Of a DNA stretch of 64,000 bases, positions 52,779 through 62,703 are shown in pieces. The notes beneath the pieces are model-generated. The model was not told the DNA's origin and did not search any database. It saw only the letters and a program-made list of their open reading frames with translations. This DNA is from Candidatus Omnitrophota bacterium. GTDB taxonomy: Bacteria; Omnitrophota; Gorgyraeia; Zapsychrales; JANLHA01. Made by a program: the position numbers and the translations under genes. Each line of letters begins with the position of its first letter. Position 1 is the first letter of the stretch. Where the stretch lies: positions 638 to 64,637 of the forward strand of contig JACKFI010000008.1 in assembly GCA_020632555.1 (NCBI GenBank). Direction: 5' to 3'.

Positions 52779-54982
52779 ATAAAAATAAAGATGAAGTGAT
52801 CAGTCCGCTAGATTTTTTTGATGATTATGACCAAGAGAGTGTTGAAAAGCCAGAGCTGAAGGTTGCTAAATCTGGCCGTCGTGAACGTCGGCCAGCTGTG
52901 CAGAGAACGCAATCTCGTCGTGGACCGGTCAAAAAAGGGCGAGCATTTTTTATTTCTGCCACTGATACTGGGGTTGGGAAAACAACAGCAATTAAGGTGA
53001 TTGCAACACTTTTGAAAGATCAAGGCCTGGATGTCGGGGTCATGAAGCCGGTGCAATGTGGCGGAGATGATGCCAAAGCATTAAAAGAGTTTCTGCAAAT
53101 TACAGATCCATTGGAAGAGATCAATCCTTATTTAGCCAAAGAGCCTTTGTCTCCGCATGTGGCTTTTCGACGGGATAAGATTCAGGTGCATCGGGACAAA
53201 ATCATTTCGATTTTTCAAAAACTGCGTCGTCGGCATGATGTTGTTTTGGTTGAAGGAGCTGGTGGACTTTTGGTGCCCATTCGCGAAGACTATTGTATGG
53301 CCGACTTGGCCAAAGATTTGGAACTGGAACTTTTGATTGTAAGTCGGTTGGGTTTGGGGACTATCAATCATACGTTGTTGACCATTGATAAAGCCCGTGA
53401 GTTGGGCATTATGGTTGCAGGTGTGATTTTTTCAGAAACAGAAAAGAAAGTTCACGGAGTTCCAGAACGAACCAATCCGGCGACAATTAGGCATTTACGC
53501 AAAGTTGCTGGTTTAGGGATTATTCCTTTTTGTGAAGACTTGTCTGTTGAAACGATTTTAAAAGTTTGTAAGAGCAAAATTGATCTTAAATTGTTCTTGG
53601 CGCAGCCGGCCTCAAAAAAAACGGCACAGTTAAGAGAGGGAGATAAAAATTTTCTTTGGCATCCCTTTACACCGATGAAGGATTGGTTGGAGTCAGATCC
53701 TTTGATTATTGATCGTGCTCAGGGTTGTCATTTGATTGATACGGAAGGTCGTCGCTATTTGGATGGTGTTTCAAGTTTGTGGGTTAATGTTCACGGGCAT
53801 AATCATCCGCAGATTACGGCGGCTATTAAGGATCAGTTAAATCGTTTGGATCATTCGACTTTATTGGGATTGTCCAATACGCCAGCCGTGGAATTAGCAA
53901 AGAAATTGGTGGCGATCGCACCCAAAGGTTTAGAAAAAGTTTTTTATTCTGATAATGGATCGACGGCGGTTGAAGTGGCGATCAAGATGGCGTATCAGTA
54001 TTGGCAAAATAGTGGACGGCTGGAAAAAACACAGTTGGTACATTTGGCAAATTCGTATCATGGGGATACGCTGGGCAGTGTCAGTGTCGGGGGTATTGAT
54101 TTATTTCATCACGTGTATCAAAAGCTGACTTTCCCAACAGTTAAAATTGATTTTCCGGATGGTTATCGTAATCAGGACTTTGAGGCGGCAATGAATCAGC
54201 TGCAAGAGCTTTTAAAAAAGTCTGCAGATAAAATTGCGGCTTTGATTGTTGAGCCTTTGGTGCAGGGGGCAGCAGGAATGATTGTTTGGCCAGAGGGACT
54301 TTTGAAGCGAATGAAAGATTTGTGTGAGCAGCATGAAGTTTTTTTGATTGCCGATGAAGTGGCGACGGGGTTTGGCCGAACGGGAAAGATGTTTGCCTGT
54401 GAACACGAAGAGGTTGTTCCGGACTTTTTGTGTTTGGCTAAGGGGTTAACTGGAGGTACTTTGCCTTTGGCGGCAACATTGACGACCAAGAAAGTCTTTG
54501 AGGGTTTTCTTTTTGATACCAAAGATCAAAAAACTTTCTTTCATGGACATACGTACACAGGAAATCCTTTAGCTTGTGCCGCGGCACTGGCGAATTTGAA
54601 AGTTTTTTCTGTTGAGCACACTTTATCACGACTGCAGTCGAAGATTGCTCTTATGAGGGAGAAGTTAAAAAAGCTTGAACAATTGCTTCATGTTGGCCAA
54701 GTTCGGCAAAAGGGCATGATGGTGGGCATTGAATTGGTTAAGGATAAGCAAAGCAAACAGCCTTTTGCTTTGCAAGAAAAAATAGGCTTTGCGGTTTGTC
54801 AGCAAGCTCGGCAGCGCGGTGTGATTCTGCGGCCCTTGGGGAATGTGATTGTATTGATGCCGCCCTTAGCGATTTCCAAAAGGGAATTGGATTATTTATT
54901 GCAAGTTGTGTATCGAGCGATTGAGAATTTAGGACAAACCTCTCGGCTCAAAGGAACGGTCCCCGGCGGAAGTTCCACCTAA
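52775..54982 (+). CDS. bioDA: Fused dethiobiotin synthetase (BioD) + adenosylmethionine-8-amino-7-oxononanoate aminotransferase (BioA), with a basic N-terminal extension
   Basis: ATG 52775 overlaps the bioC stop (ATGA). ~55-aa K/R-rich leader, then BioD P-loop FFISATDTGVGKTT and VLVEGAGG. Then BioA FLWHPFTPMKDW, LIADEVATGFGRTGKMFA, CLAKGLTGG, HGHTYTGNPLACAAA. The last ~12 codons lie inside hairpin element B. Confidence 0.85.
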   Translation: MNKNKDEVISPLDFFDDYDQESVEKPELKVAKSGRRERRPAVQRTQSRRGPVKKGRAFFISATDTGVGKTTAIKVIATLLKDQGLDVGVMKPVQCGGDDAKALKEFLQITDPLEEINPYLAKEPLSPHVAFRRDKIQVHRDKIISIFQKLRRRHDVVLVEGAGGLLVPIREDYCMADLAKDLELELLIVSRLGLGTINHTLLTIDKARELGIMVAGVIFSETEKKVHGVPERTNPATIRHLRKVAGLGIIPFCEDLSVETILKVCKSKIDLKLFLAQPASKKTAQLREGDKNFLWHPFTPMKDWLESDPLIIDRAQGCHLIDTEGRRYLDGVSSLWVNVHGHNHPQITAAIKDQLNRLDHSTLLGLSNTPAVELAKKLVAIAPKGLEKVFYSDNGSTAVEVAIKMAYQYWQNSGRLEKTQLVHLANSYHGDTLGSVSVGGIDLFHHVYQKLTFPTVKIDFPDGYRNQDFEAAMNQLQELLKKSADKIAALIVEPLVQGAAGMIVWPEGLLKRMKDLCEQHEVFLIADEVATGFGRTGKMFACEHEEVVPDFLCLAKGLTGGTLPLAATLTTKKVFEGFLFDTKDQKTFFHGHTYTGNPLACAAALANLKVFSVEHTLSRLQSKIALMREKLKKLEQLLHVGQVRQKGMMVGIELVKDKQSKQPFALQEKIGFAVCQQARQRGVILRPLGNVIVLMPPLAISKRELDYLLQVVYRAIENLGQTSRLKGTVPGGSST

Positions 54983-55038
54983 AAGTGGAAGAAATTCGGG
55001 GCTGCGTTCAATTCACCTCTGAGATTTGTCCTAAATTC
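54925..55038. repeat. Long-hairpin element B (114 bp) spanning the bioDA stop and ending 10 nt before the mnmA SD
   Basis: GAATTTAGGACAAACCTC (54925-54942) pairs with GAGATTTGTCCTAAATTC (55021-55038), 17/18. Internal stems GAACG/CGTTC, CCCCG/CGGGG and TTCCAC/GTGGAA, with loop CTAAAA. Confidence 0.7.
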
Positions 55039-55054
55039 TTAGGAGAGTATTTGT

Positions 55055-56140
55055 ATGAAAAGTTCTAAAAAAGTTTTTGTCGCGATGAGCGGCGGAGTGG
55101 ATTCATCGGTTGTTGCCGGTTTGATGAAAGATGCCGGGCACGATGTCGTTGGGGTTACGATGTGTTTTAGCATTTCGCACCCCAATAGCAAAAAGCCCTC
55201 GTGCTGCGGAGTGGATGGGATTGGCGATGCCCGTCGGGCAGCGCAGATTCTAGATATTCCCCATTATGTTTTGGACTTTGCCGCGGACATTAATGACTTT
55301 ATTATCGAAGATTTTACCAATGAATATTTGAATGGCCGAACACCTAATCCTTGCGTACGGTGTAATCAACATTTGAAATTTGGTTCGTTGTATAAACAAG
55401 TGATGGCGCAAGGCGCGGATTATTTGGCGACCGGTCATTATGGCAAGATTGTTTACAATGAGGCGCGCCAGCAATATGAATTGAGCAAGGCGGTTGATGA
55501 GCGTAAGGACCAAAGTTACTTTCTCTACAGTATGGCCAAGGAAACATTGCCCAAGGTTTTGTTTCCGTTGGGGGATTTGAATAAAGCCCAAGTTCGTGAG
55601 CTTGCCAGAAAGTATCAGTTGAATACGGCTGATAAGCCCGAGAGTCAGGATATTTGTTTTGTTCCCGACGCAGGATATAAGGAATTTATTCGTCAGCGAG
55701 TTGGTGAACAGGTTTTCGTGCCGGGTCCGTTTAAAAATGAACGCGGCGAAATTGTTGGTCAGCATCAGGGCATTGCTAATTATACAATTGGTCAGCGTGA
55801 TAAGTTGGGCATTGCTTTGGGGGTGCCGGTGTATGTTTATAAAATTGAAAAAGAAACCAATACGGTTTTTGTTGGTCCTTTGACGCAATTGTACTCGAAT
55901 GGTTTGATTGCCAGAGCGTTTAATCCGTTGAGCATGGATATTCCCAAAACTCCTATTGAGGTTCAGGCACGTATTCGTTACAATGCGCACGTTGTTGGAG
56001 CACGATTGACTTATTTGGGTGACCAAACGATTCAGCTGGATTTTTATGAGCCGCAAAAATCAGTGACCCCGGGACAAGCAGTGGTTTTTTATGATGGCGA
56101 TGTTGTCTTAGGCGGCGCGACGATTGAAAAGGCGATTTGA
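55055..56140 (+). CDS. mnmA: tRNA 2-thiouridine(34) synthase
   Basis: 361 aa with SD AGGAGAG. PP-loop VAMSGGVDSSV, catalytic NPCVRCN and DQSYFL, ESQDICF. Confidence 0.9.
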   Translation: MKSSKKVFVAMSGGVDSSVVAGLMKDAGHDVVGVTMCFSISHPNSKKPSCCGVDGIGDARRAAQILDIPHYVLDFAADINDFIIEDFTNEYLNGRTPNPCVRCNQHLKFGSLYKQVMAQGADYLATGHYGKIVYNEARQQYELSKAVDERKDQSYFLYSMAKETLPKVLFPLGDLNKAQVRELARKYQLNTADKPESQDICFVPDAGYKEFIRQRVGEQVFVPGPFKNERGEIVGQHQGIANYTIGQRDKLGIALGVPVYVYKIEKETNTVFVGPLTQLYSNGLIARAFNPLSMDIPKTPIEVQARIRYNAHVVGARLTYLGDQTIQLDFYEPQKSVTPGQAVVFYDGDVVLGGATIEKAI

Positions 56141-56354
56141 TGTGGAAGAATACAAGGGCGCGGTGTTTCGTTTTTTTTGTAGACCAAGGCGTAATTGTGA
56201 CATCTGACTTTAGCTCTTATCGTCGGGGGATGGGTTGAATTGTGTCTGCCCAGACTCAATTGAGCAGAGTTTAAATTCAAATAATTTTGATTATTATTAG
56301 CATAAGAGTTTGTTGTCTTTGGGTACAGCATGCTTAACTTCAGAAAGGATGAGT

Positions 56355-57629
56355 ATGAAAATCGGTTTGGATTTAACAAATTTAAAAGGATGTGTGGGAG
56401 AAAAAGATTTTCAAGCGTTGTTGCCGCGTATGACAAAAACGCATGAAGATTTACATTCTGGTTCTGGCAAGGGCGCGGAATTTACCGGTTGGTTGAATTT
56501 GCCCAGTCAGACGGATAAAGCGTTTTTAGCGGAATTAAGAACTCTGGGTGAAAAAGTTCGCAAGACTTCTGATTGTATTATTTCGATTGGTATTGGCGGT
56601 TCGTATATTGGGATTCGGGCGGCTTTGGATTTTTTGTCGCGCGAACAAAAACTTCCTGTTTATTATGCTGGACATAATTTGAGTGCGGGGTATTTGCAGG
56701 ATCTTTTTGCGAAGTTAAAGAATAAAAGAGTTGCGGTTTTGGTTATTTCAAAATCAGGTACAACCACGGAACCTGCTTTGGCATTTCGTTTGGTCAAACA
56801 ATTTATGGAAAGCAAATATTCAGCTGCACAATTAAAGCAGCGGATTATTTGTATTACCGATGAGAAAAAAGGCGCTTTGCGCGCGATTGCCAATGAACAA
56901 GGGTATAGGACTTATCCGATTGCCGATAATATTGGCGGCCGGTTTTCGGTTTTGGCGCCGGTTGGTTTGGTGCCATTGGCTATTGCCGGTATTGATGTCT
57001 CTTCCCTGGTAAAGGGAGCGCAAGATGCGGAAAGAGAATTAGCGCAACCGGGGTTTGCTACAAATTTGGCGTGGCAATACGCGGCCAGTCGATATTTATT
57101 GTATCAACAAAAAAAATCGATTGAAATTATGTCGTTCTTTTATGAAGAAATGGATTTTATTGCCGAATGGTGGAAACAGCTTTTTGGCGAGAGCGAAGGA
57201 AAAGAAGGGCAAGGAATTTTTCCGGCATCTGCGAATTTTACGGCCGATTTGCATTCGATGGGCCAATTGATTCAAGAAGGCGAGCGCAATCTTTTTGAAA
57301 CCTTTGTCGTGGTCAAAGATACCGGTCATAAATTACTGGTGCCTAAAGACAAAGTTAATCAGGATAATTTCAATTGTGTTGCCGGGAAGAATTTGGATTG
57401 GGTTAATGAACAAGCTTATAAAGCAACCGCAATGGCGCATTTTGAGGGTGGGGTTCCAAATATGACAATAACATTGCCTAAATTTGATGCTTATACTTTA
57501 GGTCAGTTGTTTTATTTTTACCAAAAAGCTGTCGCATTGACTGGTTATTTGATGGGTGTTAATCCATTTAATCAGCCTGGAGTTGAGGCATATAAGAGCA
57601 AAATGTTTGCTTTATTGGGGCGTAAGTAA
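56355..57629 (+). CDS. pgi: Glucose-6-phosphate isomerase (short bacterial/archaeal type)
   Basis: The ORF track opens at 56310. ATG 56355 is 6 nt after AAAGGA. ISIGIGGSYIG, VISKSGTTTEP, GGRFSVL, GESEGKEG. Confidence 0.9.
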   Translation: MKIGLDLTNLKGCVGEKDFQALLPRMTKTHEDLHSGSGKGAEFTGWLNLPSQTDKAFLAELRTLGEKVRKTSDCIISIGIGGSYIGIRAALDFLSREQKLPVYYAGHNLSAGYLQDLFAKLKNKRVAVLVISKSGTTTEPALAFRLVKQFMESKYSAAQLKQRIICITDEKKGALRAIANEQGYRTYPIADNIGGRFSVLAPVGLVPLAIAGIDVSSLVKGAQDAERELAQPGFATNLAWQYAASRYLLYQQKKSIEIMSFFYEEMDFIAEWWKQLFGESEGKEGQGIFPASANFTADLHSMGQLIQEGERNLFETFVVVKDTGHKLLVPKDKVNQDNFNCVAGKNLDWVNEQAYKATAMAHFEGGVPNMTITLPKFDAYTLGQLFYFYQKAVALTGYLMGVNPFNQPGVEAYKSKMFALLGRK

Positions 57630-57680
57630 AGTTGATGAAATGCTGTATTTTGCATTTTAATATTATGGTATGATGACTTC

Positions 57681-58295
57681 ATGAAATTTCCATTTGGAAA
57701 GAAATTGGATGCATCTGTTCAGCCAGCGGCGACGCCCAAAGTGGTTTCTAAAACAGCAGTCAAGGCTTCTTCGGTTGTGATTAAGCCCGCGGTTGTTGCG
57801 GGCGGACGAAAGCAGGTTATTTCAGGACTTATTTTTGTTTCTGTTTCTTTTGTGGGTGCGGTTTTTTTATTATATTTGACGGTTAATGCGCAAAGTGCGA
57901 AAGACAGCGAACTGCAGGATTTGAACGCGGAGTATGTTTTGGTTAGCAGTGAGAAGGAAGTTGCTGACAGCAAGGTGCAAACATTGCAATCTCAAGTTGG
58001 ACGTTTTTTAGATCGGGCCAAAGTGATGGATGTTGCCCAGAGTATTCATGGTCAGGATGAAGCGGACCGCCGCGAAGGTTCTTTTTGGATTGATCATAAG
58101 AGCGGTCGCTGCATGATTACCTTGGGCGTGTTGAATGGTGTTGATAAAGGAAGTCGGTTGGGTGTTTATGATGGAGAGAATAAAATAGCAACAGTGAATG
58201 TTATTTCAGCTTTGGACGTGGTTTCTTTCGTTGAGCCGGTAGATAAAACAATCAAAGATTTTAAGCGGGATTATTATCATGTCAAATTACAATAA
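57681..58295 (+). CDS. Hypothetical single-pass membrane protein with coiled coil
   Basis: 204 aa. TM ISGLIFVSVSFVGAVFLLYLTV, then a coiled-coil segment and a small C-terminal beta domain. No family recognised. Confidence 0.5.
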   Translation: MKFPFGKKLDASVQPAATPKVVSKTAVKASSVVIKPAVVAGGRKQVISGLIFVSVSFVGAVFLLYLTVNAQSAKDSELQDLNAEYVLVSSEKEVADSKVQTLQSQVGRFLDRAKVMDVAQSIHGQDEADRREGSFWIDHKSGRCMITLGVLNGVDKGSRLGVYDGENKIATVNVISALDVVSFVEPVDKTIKDFKRDYYHVKLQ

Positions 58296-58326
58296 AATTT
58301 TTAGTATGACCGACAGGAGTTAAATT

Positions 58327-58500
58327 ATGGGCCGTATTGGATTCTCAGAATTACTTTTAATCTTAGTTGTAGTTTTGGTATTATTTGGCGCTAAGCGCTT
58401 GCCAGAAATTGGGAATTCTTTGGGGAAGGCGATACGGGAATTTCAAAAAGCGTTAAAAGGTGAAGATGACAAAAAAAATGAAGACCGCAAAGATGTTTAA
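58327..58500 (+). CDS. tatA: Twin-arginine translocase subunit TatA/E
   Basis: Not in the ORF track (57 aa). [64 protein letters not shown] upstream. Immediately precedes tatC. Confidence 0.85.
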   Translation: MGRIGFSELLLILVVVLVLFGAKRLPEIGNSLGKAIREFQKALKGEDDKKNEDRKDV

Positions 58501-58549
58501 TGGTTTTTCTGTGTTTTGTTTTTTTGCTTAAATCCTTCCAGGTTTTATA

Positions 58550-59254
58550 ATGTCAAAATCTCCTCTAGTCCTTTCATTTTTCAGCCATTTATATGAGTTG
58601 CGTGAGCGCATGATCAAATCTTTAGCAGCTTTTGGAATAGCCACGGTTGTGGTCTGGAATTTTCTTGACCCGGTGATTCATTGGGTTGTTCGTCCATTAG
58701 GACGGCTTGTTTTTACAGCGCCGGCCGAAGCTTTTAACGCGCGAATGACGTTGGCGATGATTGGCGGTTTGGTTTTTTCTTTACCAGTGATTTTGTATCA
58801 ACTGTGGCAATTTATTGCATTGGGGTTAAAATTGCAGGAACAGCGATACATTAAAGTCTTCGGCCCGCTTTCATTGGTATTTTTCTTTGCGGGGATTGTT
58901 TTTGGATATTTTGTGTTGTTGCCTATTTCACTTAATTTTTTATTGAGTTTTTCTTCATCCTGGATGGTTCCGATGATCACCGTCGATAAGTATATTTCTT
59001 TTGTTGGAACGATTCTTATCTCATCGGGAGTTGCTTTTGAATTGCCCTTGATTTTAGCTTTTCTTGCTCGGTTGGGAATTGCGACGCCTGAGTTTTTGCG
59101 GCAAAAACGCCGTTACGCGATTGTTATGATTCTGATCATCGCCGCGATTCTAACCCCGCCGGATATTGTCAGTCAAATTCTATTGACGATACCGCTTTTA
59201 GTTTTGTATGAATTAGGAATTTTATTTTCGCGGTGGGCCCAAGTTCAAAGATAA
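58550..59254 (+). CDS. tatC: Twin-arginine translocase subunit TatC
   Basis: 234 aa with six TM helices. HLYELRERMIKSL, ...YQLWQFIALGL..., AAILTPPDIVSQ are TatC blocks. Confidence 0.85.
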   Translation: MSKSPLVLSFFSHLYELRERMIKSLAAFGIATVVVWNFLDPVIHWVVRPLGRLVFTAPAEAFNARMTLAMIGGLVFSLPVILYQLWQFIALGLKLQEQRYIKVFGPLSLVFFFAGIVFGYFVLLPISLNFLLSFSSSWMVPMITVDKYISFVGTILISSGVAFELPLILAFLARLGIATPEFLRQKRRYAIVMILIIAAILTPPDIVSQILLTIPLLVLYELGILFSRWAQVQR

Positions 59255-59276
59255 TGAGAATGATCGGAAGGCGCAG

Positions 59277-59795
59277 ATGAGGATGGCACGACGATATATT
59301 AATGTGATTTTTGTTTTTCTAATTTTGATTTTAGGATATGGGAAAAAAGCATGGAGTGATGATTCAACGGACAAAGCTTTGCGTATTGCGGCGGATACCG
59401 CCGAGGTGAAAGCGTTATTATCTTATCGTCAAGGAGTTTTGGCGTCTTGTTTGAAAGTGACCATTGCCCGTTCGTGTGACAGCGAATGGGTCACGTGTCG
59501 CGACAATGCGTGGGTTGTGCAATATTTGCTGTCGCCGCAATGTCCAGTTCAAGGAGATGGACGTTTGGGGATGAATATTGTGATTGATGATGTTTCAGGT
59601 CAGATTATTTCTCATTATCCAGAAATTGAATATTTTGAAGATGTTTCTTTCTGCCGTGATGATGCTGATTGTGTCGGTGGTAAAGCAGACAATCAAAATA
59701 AATGTTTAAATTTTGTTGCGGCGCCATTTGCTAATTTTCAAACTGTAAGCCCTTGCCAATGTCAAAGGGGGCATTGTATACTCAAAAAGCAATGA
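59277..59795 (+). CDS. Secreted cysteine-rich hypothetical protein
   Basis: 172 aa with a signal-anchor (YINVIFVFLILILGYGKKAWS). 10 Cys in the mature part. No family recognised. Confidence 0.5.
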   Translation: MRMARRYINVIFVFLILILGYGKKAWSDDSTDKALRIAADTAEVKALLSYRQGVLASCLKVTIARSCDSEWVTCRDNAWVVQYLLSPQCPVQGDGRLGMNIVIDDVSGQIISHYPEIEYFEDVSFCRDDADCVGGKADNQNKCLNFVAAPFANFQTVSPCQCQRGHCILKKQ

Positions 59796-59885
59796 TTCGA
59801 TAATTGCGATTTTTATTTATGTTTTAATAGATGTACGCTATACTGCGTGCATTATTGGCAATAACGTTCTTTTAGGGAGGGCTTT

Positions 59886-60155
59886 ATGAAAATTGATGAA
59901 CTTCGAGACTTGCTCAAAGATAAACGCGTGATTGAAGAAATCAATCGGCACTTGTGGCTTGAGAGCCAGAAGGCAGGATATTCGATTGGTATTGAACGAG
60001 CAACAGATGAGTGGTTGAAGTTATACGCTGAAGGTTGGATGAAGTATCATCTTCCCGAGAAATATAACGCTGTTCAGGCGAAGAAACGTAAAGGACAAAT
60101 ACGGTCTAAGCGTGATGAAAAAATAAAGAAAGCCGTGAGTCGTAGCAAAAAATAA
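59886..60155 (+). CDS. Small conserved-looking protein with basic C-terminal tail
   Basis: 89 aa with SD AGGGAGGG. EEINRHLWLESQKAGYSIGIERATDEWLKLYAEGWMKYH, then a K/R-rich tail. Family not named with confidence. Confidence 0.5.
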   Translation: MKIDELRDLLKDKRVIEEINRHLWLESQKAGYSIGIERATDEWLKLYAEGWMKYHLPEKYNAVQAKKRKGQIRSKRDEKIKKAVSRSKK

Positions 60156-60176
60156 AGTTTTGCGTTTAAATTCAAA

Positions 60177-60208
60177 CCCCTGTTTGCGAAAGTGAACGGG
60201 GGTTTTTT
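60177..60208. terminator. Hairpin terminator between convergent genes
   Basis: CCCCTGTT (60177-60184) / AACGGGGG (60195-60202) plus T6. The T-run abuts the stop codon of the convergent YfhO gene. Confidence 0.6.
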
Positions 60209-62573
60209 AATGGGAGTTGATTTTGCGAAAGAAAGATTTTGGAAAGGCAAAAAGAAAGAGGAGCAGTAAGAGCGAAAGTGAACTAACGATTATTCCTGCG
60301 TAAAAAGAAAATGGAATGAATTTAAACGTGATTTGGTGTCGGCCGGCGCCGACAAAGACCGAACGCACAAGATAGTTGGTTTGAAAGATTTGGGATTTTT
60401 GCCCATCGACATAAACTTTCCAATCGGGATGATAAGCATCAGATAAGACAACAAATCCCGCATGTTCCATTGTCGCTTCTAAGTGCACTTCGTTAGGGTT
60501 TGTATTGATCATTTTGACGGTTGAGTTATCTACAAGAGGTGAAGCAGCAAGTTGAGTATAGAGTTCTTGATTTGGTTGAGCGGTGATCACAACCCCTTCG
60601 CGGCCGGCTGAGCCTAAACGGTTAATTAAATTGAGAGTTTTCATTGTGTCAGGTTCAAAGATCGCTCGGTGAACAATGTACGCTCGCGGCAAAGCGCTGG
60701 GTCTTTCGAAAATATTGACTTCTTTTGAGTAAATTAGTTTTAACTTGTCTTGAAGGCTCGAGTAGTGGGTTAATAGGGTTGATAATTTTTCCTCTGACGG
60801 AACAATAAAATAGCGGATATTTAAAAGATCTAAAATATGACTTTTGTTTGCTCCAATCGGCATAGCGCGCAAAGCTGGTGGGCGTAAATCTTTTTGAAAA
60901 TGATTGTCAATGACCAGAACATTAACAAATTCAACAAAACGCGCGGGGACCAGCCCAAGAAAATAGCCCAGATCGTCAACGCCAAAACCAGTGGCTGTAT
61001 TGGGATAAAATACCCAAAAGATGCCATAACTGCGGGCGCTTTGGTCTTGCGATTTTAGAAATTCAATGTAAGGAACTTTAGAAAAAGAATCAAATCGTCG
61101 GGGGTGTTCGCGGTGAATGTAGAGAAATAATTCAGAAAAGATCAGGGTGATAAGGAGGATGCTTAATATTTGTTTCTTGAGCAAAGCGTGGTCTTTGAGC
61201 CATAAAATGATTTGGAAGATAATCAGGAGAGACAAAGCAAAAATACTTGCGTTTATTGAAATGCGAAAATGCTGTGCTTCTTTGAGGACAATCAAATGAA
61301 CAGCGATGATTAATAAAAGGAGAAAAGAAAAAATTAATCCTTTAAAAAATAGATTTCTTGCATTAAGAATACAGCGAAATCCCATTGCGCTGAGGACAGC
61401 AACAGTAAAAGCGGCTAAAGGCGGTGTGTGAATGGCGTAACGGCAGGTATTGAAAATAGGCAAATAGCCAATCCAGTTGATAAAGGGCAAACCATATTCT
61501 TTGCCAATGATAAGAATTAAAAGAATTCCGAAGAAATAATTGAGCCCGCGTTTATGTTTATTGAAAAAACTTAACGCAGTCAAAGCCAGCGGCAATGTGC
61601 CCAGATAGCCGCCCCACCACCCAGCAAATGTGAAATCAAATGTTAAATTTTCTTTTTGGAAAAAGTGCGGCAGTGCTAAAGAGAGTGCCCGATCGCGCTG
61701 TTCTTCCATTAGTAGACCGGTTCCGGCGGGATGACCATTCCAGAATTCTCCCAAAAGATTCCTTAAAAAAGGAAAGAAGGCGACCGCCGCGAGTCCTGCG
61801 CCGAGAAAATAAGCTCCGGTGTAAGATAAGAAAAGTTTTTTCCAGTGGGTTTTATTACGTGAAGAAAATATACGAAAAATAAAGAAAGCAAACCCAAAGG
61901 CATTGACCAAAAAGACATGCTCGGGATGTCCGGCAAAAATTGTTAATCCTACAACAATCGCAAGTGTTGCCAGCGAGTTGTGGCTAGCTTCTCTTATAAT
62001 AAGCCGATCAAGTGCTAAAAGTAACAGAGGCAGCAACAGGTCAACATTGGCTGTCCAATATTGCAGCAAAACCATTGGCCCGCTGAACATAAAAACAATT
62101 GCGCTGCACAGGGCGGGGGCATTCTTAAATCCAATGCGACGCATAAACCAAAAAGTAAATAGTCCTGCTAACAAAAGTCGGCTTAAAATTAAAATATCTA
62201 TTGAAATGATGTTGGGTAACAAATAGACAATAAGTGTTAAGGGATAAAAGATTCCAATCTCCAGCATTCCAATCAATGAATAACCGCATGCTTGATGGGG
62301 ATTCCAGAGCGGTAAGATTCCTCGACGGAGATTCTGTTTGATAAATTCATAAATGGGTTCCTCGGAAACAGGGGCATCCGTGCCGTTGGCTGGGATAAAG
62401 CGCGGTTTATTCAGCGCTTGGCCGTAAACGCCATTGGATAAGGCTTGTGAATTGGCGGTGGTGACTTTAAATGTTTTATTTAAAAAAACAATGTCATAAA
62501 AAGCTGCGGCTAATAAAAGTATCAGCACCAAAGAAATTTTTAAAAAAATATGTTTGGATCGGGAATGGAGCAT
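60207..62573 (-). CDS. YfhO-family polytopic membrane protein (second paralogue)
   Basis: 788 aa with more than 14 TM helices. C-terminal YHPDWKVYVDGQKSQIFQTNYLVRSVFVGAGRHQITFKF plus a final TM, the same signature as the 5099-7246 gene. Confidence 0.75.
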   Translation of the reverse strand: MLHSRSKHIFLKISLVLILLLAAAFYDIVFLNKTFKVTTANSQALSNGVYGQALNKPRFIPANGTDAPVSEEPIYEFIKQNLRRGILPLWNPHQACGYSLIGMLEIGIFYPLTLIVYLLPNIISIDILILSRLLLAGLFTFWFMRRIGFKNAPALCSAIVFMFSGPMVLLQYWTANVDLLLPLLLLALDRLIIREASHNSLATLAIVVGLTIFAGHPEHVFLVNAFGFAFFIFRIFSSRNKTHWKKLFLSYTGAYFLGAGLAAVAFFPFLRNLLGEFWNGHPAGTGLLMEEQRDRALSLALPHFFQKENLTFDFTFAGWWGGYLGTLPLALTALSFFNKHKRGLNYFFGILLILIIGKEYGLPFINWIGYLPIFNTCRYAIHTPPLAAFTVAVLSAMGFRCILNARNLFFKGLIFSFLLLLIIAVHLIVLKEAQHFRISINASIFALSLLIIFQIILWLKDHALLKKQILSILLITLIFSELFLYIHREHPRRFDSFSKVPYIEFLKSQDQSARSYGIFWVFYPNTATGFGVDDLGYFLGLVPARFVEFVNVLVIDNHFQKDLRPPALRAMPIGANKSHILDLLNIRYFIVPSEEKLSTLLTHYSSLQDKLKLIYSKEVNIFERPSALPRAYIVHRAIFEPDTMKTLNLINRLGSAGREGVVITAQPNQELYTQLAASPLVDNSTVKMINTNPNEVHLEATMEHAGFVVLSDAYHPDWKVYVDGQKSQIFQTNYLVRSVFVGAGRHQITFKFIPFSFYAGIIVSSLSLLLLLFLFAFPKSFFRKINSH

Positions 62574-62703
62574 GGGCCTAGTATAGAGGCAAGGCTGTTT
62601 ATGAGCAAGTATCTTTCCGTGTGGTTTGTGTGTTTTGGATTATAAACCAAAACCCCCCGGGGTTAATTCCGAGGGGTTTTGGTAAATGCTAGCTTGGAGA
62701 AAT

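Noticed and set aside
55250-56056. 268-aa minus-strand ORF
   Set aside because: It lies entirely antisense to mnmA, whose PP-loop and catalytic motifs are unambiguous. The antisense translation is Ile/Asn/Arg-rich with no recognisable motif.
56140-56238. 32-aa ORF (MWKNTRARCFVFFVDQGV...) overlapping the mnmA stop (TGATG)
   Set aside because: There is no SD beyond the overlap, the composition is unremarkable and no supporting structure is evident. It cannot be distinguished from chance.
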